Source: Nitrospirota bacterium | GTDB taxonomy: Bacteria; Nitrospirota; Nitrospiria; Nitrospirales; NS-4 | Direction of reading: 5' to 3' | Assembly (NCBI GenBank): GCA_004298335.1 | Contig: SCTG01000101.1 | Span: 1 to 57,566, forward strand | Length of the DNA: 57,566 nucleotides | Part shown: positions 8,808-20,669 of the stretch, one piece after another | Layout of the letters: each line of letters opens with the position of its first letter | Position numbering within the stretch: the stretch's first letter is position 1 | The notes under the pieces: generated by a model | The model's input: only the letters and a program-made list of their open reading frames with translations | Told to the model about the DNA's origin: nothing | Databases searched by the model: none | Translations under genes and position numbers: made by a program

Positions 8808-9188
8808 ATGCCAGGTGCGGAAGAAGGCCCGTTCGCGCAGGCGACCAGTTTCGCGGTCGCCACGCCGGAGGCGCGGAACCTTCGCGACCTCCGCCGCCGC
8901 CGGTACGGGCAGCCGGTCTTCGTGTCCTCGGATCAGGTCCTTTCACGGAAAGGGCAGGTGGGCACCTGGGAAAAATTCAACGTCCGCCTGGCGGTCGTCA
9001 AGTTTCCGGACAACGTGCTCTTGGGATACGATCCGGTCGACCTGTTGCTGCCGACCCGGTATGAGGATGGCAAGCCGGTGTTCGAGACGCATACCTGCGA
9101 ACTCTGCCGGGCGGCGTTCGCCCTCACGCAGCAGGAAGTGGACGAGAAAAAAGAGCCCACCCGCTGTGCCGACTGCCGGGACTCTTAG
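8808..9188 (+). CDS. Hypothetical protein with C-terminal CxxC...CxxC zinc-ribbon-like motif
   Basis: 126 aa. HTCELCRAAF...PTRCADCRDS. Coding-like GC3 bias. No family recognised. Confidence 0.5.
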   Translation: MPGAEEGPFAQATSFAVATPEARNLRDLRRRRYGQPVFVSSDQVLSRKGQVGTWEKFNVRLAVVKFPDNVLLGYDPVDLLLPTRYEDGKPVFETHTCELCRAAFALTQQEVDEKKEPTRCADCRDS

Positions 9189-9223
9189 AGCTTCCCCTAC
9201 TGCGTTCGCGCTCGAATTCCTTC

Positions 9224-9252
9224 TTGTGCCCGCTCCCGCTCTGGATTACAAT
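9224..9252 (+). promoter_or_regulatory. Candidate sigma70-like promoter, TTGTGC-17-TACAAT, upstream of fumC
   Basis: Hexamers at 9224-9229 and 9247-9252. A strong SD TAAGGAGA (9282-9289) follows, 6 nt before the GTG at 9296. Confidence 0.45.
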
Positions 9253-9295
9253 CCCCACGCACAGAAGTGCAAGCCTTTAAGTAAGGAGAAGTGCT

Positions 9296-10813
9296 GTGAA
9301 ATCGAAACGAGGCTCCAAGCCGCCGGTCAAGGCGGGCAAGATCAAGGCGAAGGTCATCTACCTGACGCGGCGACCGCCGGGGAAAACGTCGGGCGGGGCC
9401 GCGCGGCTCGAACGCGATACGATGGGGGAGCTGGAAGTGCCCGCCGACGCCTATTACGGCGTCCAGACCGCCCGGGCGATCGAGAATTTTCCGATCAGCC
9501 CGCTGCGCGTGCCGCGATCCATGATCCGGGCGCTGGGCTTGATCAAGTGGGCGGCGGCCCGGGTGAACACGGAACTGGGGTTCCTCGACCCCAAGATCGC
9601 CAAGGCGATCCGCCAGGCGGCCCAGGAAGTGATCGACGGCCGGCTGGACGATCAGTTTCCGGTGGACATCTTCCAGACCGGGTCCGGGACGTCGTCCAAC
9701 ATGAACGCCAATGAAGTGATCGCGAACCGGGCGGCCGAGTTGCTGGGCGGGAAGCTGGGCAGCAAGCTCGTACACCCGAACGATCACGTGAACATGGGCC
9801 AGTCCAGCAACGATGTCATCCCCTCCGCGATCCATCTCGCGGCCTTGGAACAGATCGACAAGGCGCTGATCCCGGCCCTCAAGCGGCTCTATACGGCCCT
9901 GGCGGCCAAGGCCAAGGAGTTCGATCCCATCGTCAAGATCGGGCGGACGCATCTGCAGGACGCGACGCCCATCCGGCTCGGCCAGGAGTTTTCGGGGTAC
10001 GCCCGCCAAATCGAGCTGGGCATCCAGCGGGTCGAGCGGACGCGTCCCTCGCTGGGCGAACTGGCCTTGGGCGGGACGGCCGTGGGGACGGGCCTCAACG
10101 CACATCCCGAGTTCGCCCTGCGCGTGATCGCCCTGCTCGCGCGGGAAACGAAATGTCCGCTGCGGGAAGCGCGGAACCACTTCGAGGCGCAGGCCGCCCA
10201 GGATGCCCTGGTCGAGGCCAGCGGGGCGCTCAAGACCGTCGCGGTGAGTCTGATGAAGATCGCGAACGACCTGCGGTGGCTGGGGTCCGGTCCGCGGTGC
10301 GGGCTTGGGGAAATCCTCCTGCCGGAGACCCAGCCGGGCTCGTCCATCATGCCGGGGAAGGTCAACCCCGTCATCGCCGAATCCGTCATGATGGTCTCGG
10401 CGCAGGTCATCGGCAATGACGCCGCCATCACCGTCGGAGGGCAGGCCGGGAACTTCGAATTGCTCGTGATGCTGCCGGTCATGGCGCACAACCTCCTGCA
10501 ATCCATCGCCCTGTTGGCGCGGGCCTCGGAGAACTTCGCCGCCCGGTGCGTGGAGGGCATTGCGGCCGATCAGGAACGGTGCCGCGCCGGCATCGAGCAG
10601 AGCCTGGCCATGTGCACGGCCCTCGCGCCCGAGATCGGGTACGAGGCGGCGGCCCAGATCGCCAAGGAAGCCTACAAGACCGGCAAGACCGTCCGCGAGG
10701 TGGCGCTGATGAAGAAAATCCTGCCGGAGTCCAGACTCAACCATCTGCTGGATCCCTGGCGCATGACCGAGCCGGGCCTGACCGACGGCAAGCCCGGAGG
10801 CGCCGGCGGCTGA
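9296..10813 (+). CDS. fumC: Class II fumarate hydratase
   Basis: GSSIMPGKVNP signature, QTGSGTSSNMNANEVIANRAAELLGG and GQSSNDVIPSAIH match FumC rather than AspA. The GTG start has a strong SD and gives a ~35-aa basic N-terminal extension. Confidence 0.9.
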   Translation: MKSKRGSKPPVKAGKIKAKVIYLTRRPPGKTSGGAARLERDTMGELEVPADAYYGVQTARAIENFPISPLRVPRSMIRALGLIKWAAARVNTELGFLDPKIAKAIRQAAQEVIDGRLDDQFPVDIFQTGSGTSSNMNANEVIANRAAELLGGKLGSKLVHPNDHVNMGQSSNDVIPSAIHLAALEQIDKALIPALKRLYTALAAKAKEFDPIVKIGRTHLQDATPIRLGQEFSGYARQIELGIQRVERTRPSLGELALGGTAVGTGLNAHPEFALRVIALLARETKCPLREARNHFEAQAAQDALVEASGALKTVAVSLMKIANDLRWLGSGPRCGLGEILLPETQPGSSIMPGKVNPVIAESVMMVSAQVIGNDAAITVGGQAGNFELLVMLPVMAHNLLQSIALLARASENFAARCVEGIAADQERCRAGIEQSLAMCTALAPEIGYEAAAQIAKEAYKTGKTVREVALMKKILPESRLNHLLDPWRMTEPGLTDGKPGGAGG

Positions 10814-10893
10814 CCGCGGTTTTTGACTTTTCGTTTGTGATCATGCTAGCTTCGGCGCTTATTTTTGCCTAGGGGGAAGGGTCGTAGAGGACG

Positions 10894-12273
10894 TTGTCGT
10901 CGATGAGCGCGAAGCATGTGATCGTCGTGGTCGGAGCCGGCCCGGCCGGCCTCTCGGTCGCCAACCTGATGTCCAAGCAGGGGCACGAAGTCGTGGTGCT
11001 CAACCGGGACATCAAGTTCGGCGGGCTCGCCGAATATGGCATTTTCCCCAACAAGCACAGGCTGCGCGGCGGGTTGCGGAAGGGCTACTGGGAGATCTTG
11101 ACCCGTCCCAACGTCCATTATCTCGGCAACGTGATGGTCGGCAACGGCTATCACCTGACCGTTGAAGAACTGCGGGCGCTCGAGCCCAGCGCGCTGGTAT
11201 TTTCGACCGGCGCCCAGGGCACCAAGACCATCGGCGTGGAAGGGGACACGGCTAAAGGGGTCTATCACGCCAAGGACTGTGTCTATCACTTCAATCTGCT
11301 GCCGGGCTTCAGTGCCAGCCCGTTCGAGATGGGCCAGCGCGTGGCGGTCATCGGCATCGGGGATGTGATGGTGGACATCGCGCACTGGCTCTCGAGCCGC
11401 AAGCGCGTGGCGGAAGTCCATGTGGTGGTGCGGCGGGGACCGGCCGAACGGAAGTACAACCCGAAGGAGATCCGCGCCGTCTGTTCGTACATCGACCAGG
11501 AGTCCCTCGGACGGGAACTCGCCCGGGTCGCCGCGCGCATGGAGGCGGTGGGGCAGTCTGCGGAGAAAGTGCTGGACGACATGAAGGCGGAGTTCACGAA
11601 GTGCGAGTCTCCGGAAAGCCAGACCCGCATGTACTTCCATTTCCTTTCCTCGCCGAAGCGGGTCCTGGCCGACGCGCAGAATCACGTCACCGGCCTGGAA
11701 CTCGAGGACACCAGGCTGGAGGTCAAGGGTGCGGACACGGCGGCGGTGGGCCTGAAGACCACGTATGCCCTGCCGTGCGACAGCGTCGTGTTCGCCGTCG
11801 GCGACCGGGTGGACGAGAAGGTGGGTCTTCCGTACAAGGGCGGCGTCTTCATCACGAACCCGAACCGGACGCAGAACGATCCCGACGACAGCCTGTTCCA
11901 GGCATACGATGAAGCGTCCGGCTCGGTCCTGCCGGGGATTTTTCTGTGCGGGTGGGCGCGCAAGGCGAGTGAAGGGCTGGTAGGCGTCGCGAAGCGCGAT
12001 GGGGAGTGGTGCAGCGAGGTCGTGGCGCGCTACCTCGCGACGGCAGTGCCGCCTTCCGAAGACGCCGCACAGAAGCGCAAACGGCTGGAAGCCCTCCTTG
12101 CAAGCCGGCAACCGGACCTCGTCCGGGCCGACGACCTCATGGTCTTGAGCGAGATGGAGAAACAGGAAGGCCAGCGCCGCGACATCGAAGAATTCAAGTT
12201 TCCCGCCAACGAAGAGATGCTGGCCGTGATCCGCAAGAACAAGGCGGGCGCGAAAGTCCCGGCGTCCCGCTAG
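10894..12273 (+). CDS. FAD-dependent ferredoxin-NADP+ reductase, adrenodoxin-reductase (FprA) type
   Basis: VVVGAGPAGLSVA dinucleotide motif, second Rossmann VAVIGIGDVMVDIA, VVRRGP, and C-terminal CGWARKASEGLVGVAKRDG resembling FprA GWIKRGPTGVIGTNKKDA. The start is TTG at 10894 or ATG at 10903. Confidence 0.75.
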   Translation: MSSMSAKHVIVVVGAGPAGLSVANLMSKQGHEVVVLNRDIKFGGLAEYGIFPNKHRLRGGLRKGYWEILTRPNVHYLGNVMVGNGYHLTVEELRALEPSALVFSTGAQGTKTIGVEGDTAKGVYHAKDCVYHFNLLPGFSASPFEMGQRVAVIGIGDVMVDIAHWLSSRKRVAEVHVVVRRGPAERKYNPKEIRAVCSYIDQESLGRELARVAARMEAVGQSAEKVLDDMKAEFTKCESPESQTRMYFHFLSSPKRVLADAQNHVTGLELEDTRLEVKGADTAAVGLKTTYALPCDSVVFAVGDRVDEKVGLPYKGGVFITNPNRTQNDPDDSLFQAYDEASGSVLPGIFLCGWARKASEGLVGVAKRDGEWCSEVVARYLATAVPPSEDAAQKRKRLEALLASRQPDLVRADDLMVLSEMEKQEGQRRDIEEFKFPANEEMLAVIRKNKAGAKVPASR

Positions 12274-13133
12274 CTCTCTCCCCACTTCAGCTTCTTGCTG
12301 AGCATATCGTAGTAGGATCGGTCGGGAAACCGGATCAGGCGGGTCTTGTTCTCCGAGGCCCGGAGCTCAACCGTATCGCCCGGCTGCAGCGCGATGCCGA
12401 CCTGCCCGTCGAAGGTGGCCGTCGCCCCCTGGTCCTTGCTGACCAGCACCACCTCGACGAGGACATCCTGCGGGATGACGATGGGCCGGTTGGTGAGCGT
12501 ATGGGGGCAGATGGGCGTGAGGATCAGCGCATGCACCGAGGGGTTCAGGATCGGCCCGCCCGCGGCCATGGAGTAGGCGGTGGAGCCGGTCGGGGTGGAG
12601 ACGATCAGCCCGTCCCCCCGCAACCGCGTCACGAACTGTCCGTTGATCGAGATCTCCAACTGCACCATGTGGGACAGCGCGCCTTTGCTGACCACGGCGT
12701 CGTTGAGAGCGGAGGCCGCGATGACTTCGTCGCCCCGCCGCACGACCCGGGCGCGGAGCATGAGGCGCTCCTCTTCCGAAAAGGACTTGGAGAAGACGCG
12801 CTCCAGGGCCGTGAAGGCTTCCTCCCGGGCGACGGCGGTGAGAAACCCCAGGCCGCCGGCGTTGACCCCCAGGATCGGAATGGGCCGGCCCTCCACCAGC
12901 CGGGCGGCGGCCAGCATGGTGCCGTCTCCTCCCAGCACCACCAGCATATCGGCGAGCGTGGCGAGATCCTTCTTCTGGTACGAGGCCGTCTCCCCCGCGA
13001 GCGCGGCGGTGGGGGGATCGAGCATCGGCTCTTTGCCGCGGGCGCGCAGCCAGGGCGTCAGCTCCTTCAGGAGCGCCTGGGCGTCGGGCGACTCGGACTT
13101 GACGATGATGCCGATGCGTTTCATCCGCGCCAT
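12270..13133 (-). CDS. nadK: NAD+ kinase
   Basis: GGDGTML motif (VVLGGDGTMLAAARL), NAGGLGFLT, and STPTGSTAYSMAAGGPI. The start is ATG at 13133 or 13124. Confidence 0.92.
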   Translation of the reverse strand: MARMKRIGIIVKSESPDAQALLKELTPWLRARGKEPMLDPPTAALAGETASYQKKDLATLADMLVVLGGDGTMLAAARLVEGRPIPILGVNAGGLGFLTAVAREEAFTALERVFSKSFSEEERLMLRARVVRRGDEVIAASALNDAVVSKGALSHMVQLEISINGQFVTRLRGDGLIVSTPTGSTAYSMAAGGPILNPSVHALILTPICPHTLTNRPIVIPQDVLVEVVLVSKDQGATATFDGQVGIALQPGDTVELRASENKTRLIRFPDRSYYDMLSKKLKWGES

Positions 13134-13247
13134 TCTATCGGTGCCACGAGGGGTTGTCAACGAAACATCTCGTAACATTACCTACGTTGGCTCGATCGCG
13201 GCGATTCCGGCCGGCTTTCCGGCCGTAGTGGAAGGGAGGCGCCGCCC

Positions 13248-13276
13248 TTGACAGTGAGGGCAACGATGGATAGAAT
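13248..13276 (+). promoter_or_regulatory. Near-consensus sigma70 promoter, TTGACA-17-TAGAAT, upstream of clpC
   Basis: TTGACA at 13248-13253, 17-nt spacer, TAGAAT at 13271-13276. There is a ~70-nt leader with SD GGAGGAG before the ATG at 13348. Confidence 0.6.
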
Positions 13277-13347
13277 GACAGACAAGAAATTCTCCGAAAG
13301 CGGCCGACAAACCCTAGAGGTGCCCGACCAGCCGGGGAGGAGACCGA

Positions 13348-15774
<2,427 letters not shown>

Positions 15775-16903
15775 TCCAACGGCATTCTCTGCCACAAGCC
15801 TTCCGCTGATTCTCGGCATTGAAACGTCCTGCGACGAGACCGCGGCCGCGGTGGCCGGGGCCGATGCCGCCGTGCTGGCGGAGGTCGTGCGGTCGCAGGT
15901 CGAGACCCATGCCCGCTTTGGCGGCGTGGTGCCGGAGCTGGCCGGCCGCCGCCATATCGAGTCCATCGATGAGGTAGTCCGGGAAGCCCTCGCGCGTGCG
16001 GGTGTCGGCGTGCGCGATCTCGGCGCGGTCGCCGTGACCGGCGGGCCCGGCCTGATCGGTGCCCTGCTGGTCGGCGTGTCGTACGGCAAAGCGCTGGCGT
16101 ATTCCCTGGGCATCCCGCTGATTCCCGTCAACCATCTGGAAGGCCATCTGAGCGCGGCATGGCTCGGCGCCGCCCGCCTGGCTCCGCCGTTTGTCGCGCT
16201 CGTGGCCTCGGGCGGCCACACGAATCTCTACCACGTCAAAGAGCGGGGAGAGCCGGCGCTGCTGGGGCGGACCCTGGATGATGCGGCCGGCGAGGCCTTT
16301 GACAAGGCGGCCAAGATGCTGGGCCTGGGCTATCCCGGCGGTCCCGTGATCGACCGGCTGGCGCGGGAGGGCGACCCGGACAAGGCGCCGTTTCCCCGCC
16401 CGTATCCCACCTGCGAGGACCTCAATTTCAGTTTCAGCGGGATCAAGACTGCGTTGCTGTACCACCTGCGCGATCGTGAAGCCGCTGGACGCTCCTGGCA
16501 CGTGCCGGACGTCGCGGCGGGATTCCAGCAGGCCATTGTCGAGGTCCTCGTGGCGAAGACCCTTGCCGCAGCCGGGCGGGCCGGCGTGCGCGATGTGGTG
16601 GTGACCGGAGGCGTGGCTGCCAACTCGCAGTTGCGGGCCCTCTTCGAAGCGCGCGGGAAAGACGCCGGCATCACGGTCCATATCCCGCCGTTGCGCTATT
16701 GCACGGACAACGGGGCGATGATCGCCGCCGCCGGCGCCCGGCTCTTGCAGGACGGACGCGCGGCCACACTGGCGTTCGAGCCCCGGGCGGATTGGGCCAT
16801 CGGAGACTGACGGGAGAGCACCGCGATTCCTTCGCCGCACGGAAACCTGACGGGCCTCAAGCCCAATCAACTGCGCCGGCTGGAGCACGTCTATCGCCGG
16901 CGG

Positions 16904-18472
16904 GTGTCGGAGGATGCGATCATTTCCTGGGAGCTCGCCCGTTTCTGCACCGGTCTGTCGCATGAGATCGGCCGGCAGATCGGCGTGCTGATCAACCGCC
17001 GCGGGGCTGTTGAGGACGTGATCGTCGGCAACGACCGCGAGGTTGTGCTGCCGGACCTGTCGGGGTACCGCCTGGGGCGGCGTTCGCTGCGCGGCCTCCG
17101 GCTCGTCCACACGCACCTGCGCGACGAACCGTTGAGCCAGGACGACCTGACCGACCTGGCGCTTCTCCGGCTCGACCTGATGGCGGCTGTCGGCGTCAAG
17201 AGCGACGGCCAGCCGGGCCATCTCTACGCGGCGAATATTCTTCCTCCGAATCAGGCCGGGAGACCCTATGAAATCTGGAAGCCGGTTGTCTTGCAGGACT
17301 GCGACGTGCGCCTGGGGGAATTTCTGCGCGCGCTCGAGGAGGAATTAAGCCGGACCAGGCCGGTGCAGCTGGTGAACGATTTTCAGGAGCAGGCCATTCT
17401 GGTCAGCGTCTCCCGGCAGAGCCTTGCCGACCAGGAAGAGTCCCTTGCGGAGTTGGCCGAGCTGGCGCGCTCCGCGGGGCTGGTGGTCCTGGACCAGGTC
17501 GTGCAGCGGCCGCAAGCGGTGCATGCCAAGTACCTCTTGGGCAGCGGCAAGCTCAAGGAGGTCGTGATCAAGGCGCTTCAGCATGGGGCGGACTTCCTGG
17601 TCTTTGATCAGGACCTCGCGCCGGCTCAGGCCATCGCGATCGCGGAGGTCACGGAGCTCAAGGTCATCGACCGGACGCAATTGATTCTCGATATTTTCAG
17701 CCGGCGGGCGCACAGTCGGGAGGGGAAGATTCGGGTCGAACTGGCCCAGCTGCGCTATCTCCTGCCGCGCCTCACCGGGCACGGCACGGCGATGTCGAGG
17801 CTGGCGGGCGGCATCGGGGGACGCGGCCCCGGCGAGACGAAGCTGGAAGTGGATCGCCGGCGGGTGCGGGACCGGATCACGCATTTCGAGAAGCAAATCG
17901 AGACGCTGGCCAGGAACCGCGCCCAGCAGCGGTCCCGCCGGCTGCGCCGGGAAGTCCCGGTCATCTCGATCGTCGGCTACACGAACGCCGGAAAATCCAC
18001 GCTGCTGAACGTCCTGACCCGCAGCCGGGTCACGGCCCAGGACCGTCTCTTCGATACTCTGGACACGGCCAGCCGCCGCTTGCGGTTCCCGGCGGATCGG
18101 GAGGCGATCGTGACGGATACGGTCGGGTTCATCCGGAACCTCCCGGAGGAGCTGATGGGCGCGTTTCGCGCCACGCTCGAGGAACTGCACGATGCCGACC
18201 TGCTGCTCCATGTTGCCGACATCAGCAGCCCGACGCTGGAGCGGCAGGTGGTGGTCGTGGAGGGTATCTTGAGGGATCTGGGCCTTGATCGAGTCCCCCG
18301 CATCCTGGCCTTGAACAAGGCCGACCGGGTCGATCCGGCCCAGGCGGCCATCCTTAGCGCGCGGCTGGGCGGACTGGCGGTTGCGGCCGTGCGGCCGGAG
18401 ACGCTGATCCCCCTGCTGGAGGCGGTCGAAAAGCGGCTCTGGAGTTTGACCCAGGCCGGCCTTCCCTGCTAA
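16904..18472 (+). CDS. hflX: GTPase HflX (long form with N-terminal extension)
   Basis: GYTNAGKSTLLN (G1), DTVGFI (G3), NKAD (G4), and the HflX N-domain (IDRTQLILDIFSRRAHSREGKIRVELAQL). The first canonical start is GTG at 16904, but coding-like sequence continues upstream to about 16826 (see findings). Confidence 0.9.
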   Translation: MSEDAIISWELARFCTGLSHEIGRQIGVLINRRGAVEDVIVGNDREVVLPDLSGYRLGRRSLRGLRLVHTHLRDEPLSQDDLTDLALLRLDLMAAVGVKSDGQPGHLYAANILPPNQAGRPYEIWKPVVLQDCDVRLGEFLRALEEELSRTRPVQLVNDFQEQAILVSVSRQSLADQEESLAELAELARSAGLVVLDQVVQRPQAVHAKYLLGSGKLKEVVIKALQHGADFLVFDQDLAPAQAIAIAEVTELKVIDRTQLILDIFSRRAHSREGKIRVELAQLRYLLPRLTGHGTAMSRLAGGIGGRGPGETKLEVDRRRVRDRITHFEKQIETLARNRAQQRSRRLRREVPVISIVGYTNAGKSTLLNVLTRSRVTAQDRLFDTLDTASRRLRFPADREAIVTDTVGFIRNLPEELMGAFRATLEELHDADLLLHVADISSPTLERQVVVVEGILRDLGLDRVPRILALNKADRVDPAQAAILSARLGGLAVAAVRPETLIPLLEAVEKRLWSLTQAGLPC

Positions 18473-18473
18473 C

Positions 18474-19136
18474 ATGGCTTGTCTTTTCAAGGCGATGGGT
18501 CGCTCCGTGGACATGGCGAGCCGGCTCCTAAAGCTGCTGAATGAAGAAATCCCAAGCCCGAAGGTGGCGCTCCACCATAAGACACCGTTCCAGCTGCTGG
18601 TGGCCACGATCCTGTCGGCCCAGTGCACGGACGAGCGGGTGAACCAGGTGACCCGGGGATTGTTCGCCAAGTACCGGACGGCGCGGGACTATGCGCAGGC
18701 CGATCCGTCCGATCTTGAGAAGGAGATCCGTTCGACGGGATTCTATAAGGCCAAAACCAGGAGCCTCATTCGTTGCGGGCAGGCTCTGATCGACCGGTTC
18801 GATGGACAGGTTCCCGGGACGATGGACGAACTCGTCACGTTGCCCGGGGTGGGACGCAAGACGGCCAATGTCATCCTCGGCAATTGCTTTGGGGCGCCGG
18901 CGATCGTGGTCGATACGCACGTGAAGCGTGTCTCGCAGCGCTTGGGACTGGCCAAAACGGACGATCCGGAGAAGATCGAAATGGCCCTGCAGCGGCTGTT
19001 GCCGAAAGCCAGTTGGACGAGGGGGTCGCACCAGTTGCTGCTGCACGGGCGGCATGTCTGCCGGGCGCGCGCGCCTCAGTGCCACGCATGCCGGCTCTAC
19101 ATACTGTGTCCCTGGGAAGGAAAACGCCCGGCATGA
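18474..19136 (+). CDS. nth: Endonuclease III (DNA glycosylase/AP lyase)
   Basis: HhH-GPD motif LPGVGRKTANVILG and the [4Fe-4S] cluster loop CRARAPQCHACRLYILC. The start is ATG at 18474 or a downstream Met. Confidence 0.92.
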   Translation: MACLFKAMGRSVDMASRLLKLLNEEIPSPKVALHHKTPFQLLVATILSAQCTDERVNQVTRGLFAKYRTARDYAQADPSDLEKEIRSTGFYKAKTRSLIRCGQALIDRFDGQVPGTMDELVTLPGVGRKTANVILGNCFGAPAIVVDTHVKRVSQRLGLAKTDDPEKIEMALQRLLPKASWTRGSHQLLLHGRHVCRARAPQCHACRLYILCPWEGKRPA

Positions 19137-20026
19137 TCCGAAGCATGACCGGGTACGGCCGGGCCGAAGGACGTCACAAGGGCACGCCGATCACCGTGGA
19201 GATCCGGTCGGTGAACCATCGCCACAGCGAGGTCGTGGCGAAAGTGCCGCGTGCCCTGCAAGCGCACGAGGATCGCATTCGCAATCTGGTCCAGGCGCGC
19301 GTCGCCCGCGGGCGGGTGGATGTGGCGGTGAACTTCAGCGGCGAGCGGGACCCGGGGCGGGGACTCGTGCTGGACCGGGCGCTGGCGCACCGGTATCTGG
19401 ATTTGCTGGAGGAACTGAAGCAGGCGCTTGGCCTGAAGGGAAAGCCCGACGTGGCGCTGCTGGCCGGCTTTCGGGATATCATCAAGCCGGCCGAACTGGC
19501 GGCTGAAGATCCCCAGGCGGTGCGCGCGGCGGAAAAGGTGCTGGAGCAGGCGTTGAAGGCGTTGGATCGCATGCGCCGGCATGAAGGCCGCACGCTGGAG
19601 CGGGACCTGCTGACCCGTCTGCAGGAGAGCGCCGGGCGCCTGCGGGCGATCCGGCTCCGGTTGCCGGCCATCGTGCAGGAACGGCAGGCGCGGTTGCAGG
19701 AACGCGTCAACCGGCTGTTGGAGAGCGCGGGCGGAGGAAAGGACGGGGTGGACCAGGGACGGGTTGCGCAGGAAGTCGCACTACTGGCGGACCGGAGCGA
19801 CGTGAGCGAGGAACTGACCAGGCTGGACAGCCATCTGGACCAGTTCCGGAATTTCCTTCGCAAGTCGGAGCCGGTGGGACGCAGCCTGGATTTTCTGTTG
19901 CAGGAGATGAACCGGGAGGTCAATACGATCGGCTCGAAGGTCGGGGACACGGCCGTGACGCAGGAAATCGTCGCGCTGAAGTCGGAATTCGAAAAAATCC
20001 GTGAGCAGGTGCAGAATGTCGAGTAG
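19133..20026 (+). CDS. yicC: YicC-family stress-induced protein
   Basis: MIRSMTGYGRAEG...VEIRSVNHR N-terminus and C-terminal EMNREVNTIGSK motif. ATGA overlap with the nth stop. Confidence 0.9.
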   Translation: MIRSMTGYGRAEGRHKGTPITVEIRSVNHRHSEVVAKVPRALQAHEDRIRNLVQARVARGRVDVAVNFSGERDPGRGLVLDRALAHRYLDLLEELKQALGLKGKPDVALLAGFRDIIKPAELAAEDPQAVRAAEKVLEQALKALDRMRRHEGRTLERDLLTRLQESAGRLRAIRLRLPAIVQERQARLQERVNRLLESAGGGKDGVDQGRVAQEVALLADRSDVSEELTRLDSHLDQFRNFLRKSEPVGRSLDFLLQEMNREVNTIGSKVGDTAVTQEIVALKSEFEKIREQVQNVE

Positions 20027-20669
20027 CGGGAGGCCCGACAGGCGCCGCCAGGGGACGCTCTTCGTCGTGTCGGCGCCATCCGGGGCCGGCAAGACGTCCC
20101 TGTGCCAGGAACTCGTCGCCCGGCTGCCGGACGTGCGGTACTCGGTCTCATGCACCACGCGCAAGCCGCGGCCCGGCGAGGTCGAGTCCCGGCACTATCA
20201 CTTCGTGGATGAGGCGGCGTTTCGCGGCATGATCAAGGAGGGCGCGTTTCTCGAGTGGGCCGAGGTCTACGGGAATCTCTACGGGACGCCCCGGGCGCCC
20301 ATCCGGGAATGGATTGCGCAGGGGATCGATGTCCTGCTCGACATCGACACGCAGGGCGCATTGCAGATCCGGCGGCATGAACCGGAGGCGGTGTCGATCT
20401 ACATCCTGCCGCCGTCCCTGGAGGTGCTGCGCCGCCGTCTGGAGGACCGCAAGGGGGATTCCCCTGACGAGATCGCCAGGAGGCTGAAAAAGGCAAAAGA
20501 CGAAGTTAAACATTATCATGATTATATGCATGTTGTCATCAACGACGACTTTAAATTTTCAGTTCGTCAACTCGAGGCGATCGTCCTGGCTGAACGGACG
20601 AGAACGGCCGTGCTGGACCTGTCGGTCCTGGAAGGGGATCTGTTGGGGAACGAAGGAGGCATGAATTAA
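20016..20669 (+). CDS. gmk: Guanylate kinase
   Basis: P-loop SAPSGAGKTSL, SCTTRKPRPGE, and YHFV. The ATG at 20016 overlaps the yicC stop. Confidence 0.93.
   Translation: MSSSGRPDRRRQGTLFVVSAPSGAGKTSLCQELVARLPDVRYSVSCTTRKPRPGEVESRHYHFVDEAAFRGMIKEGAFLEWAEVYGNLYGTPRAPIREWIAQGIDVLLDIDTQGALQIRRHEPEAVSIYILPPSLEVLRRRLEDRKGDSPDEIARRLKKAKDEVKHYHDYMHVVINDDFKFSVRQLEAIVLAERTRTAVLDLSVLEGDLLGNEGGMN

Noticed and set aside
8815-9714. 299-aa plus-strand ORF overlapping the small hypothetical gene and the fumC 5' region
   Set aside because: Arg/Ser/Pro/Gly-rich alternative frame that crosses the promoter and SD of fumC. No motifs.
9197-12285. Minus-strand ORFs 9197-10744 and 10846-12285, opposite fumC and the FprA-like gene
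   Set aside because: Shadow ORFs. The plus-strand genes carry the GSSxMPxKxN signature and Rossmann motifs.
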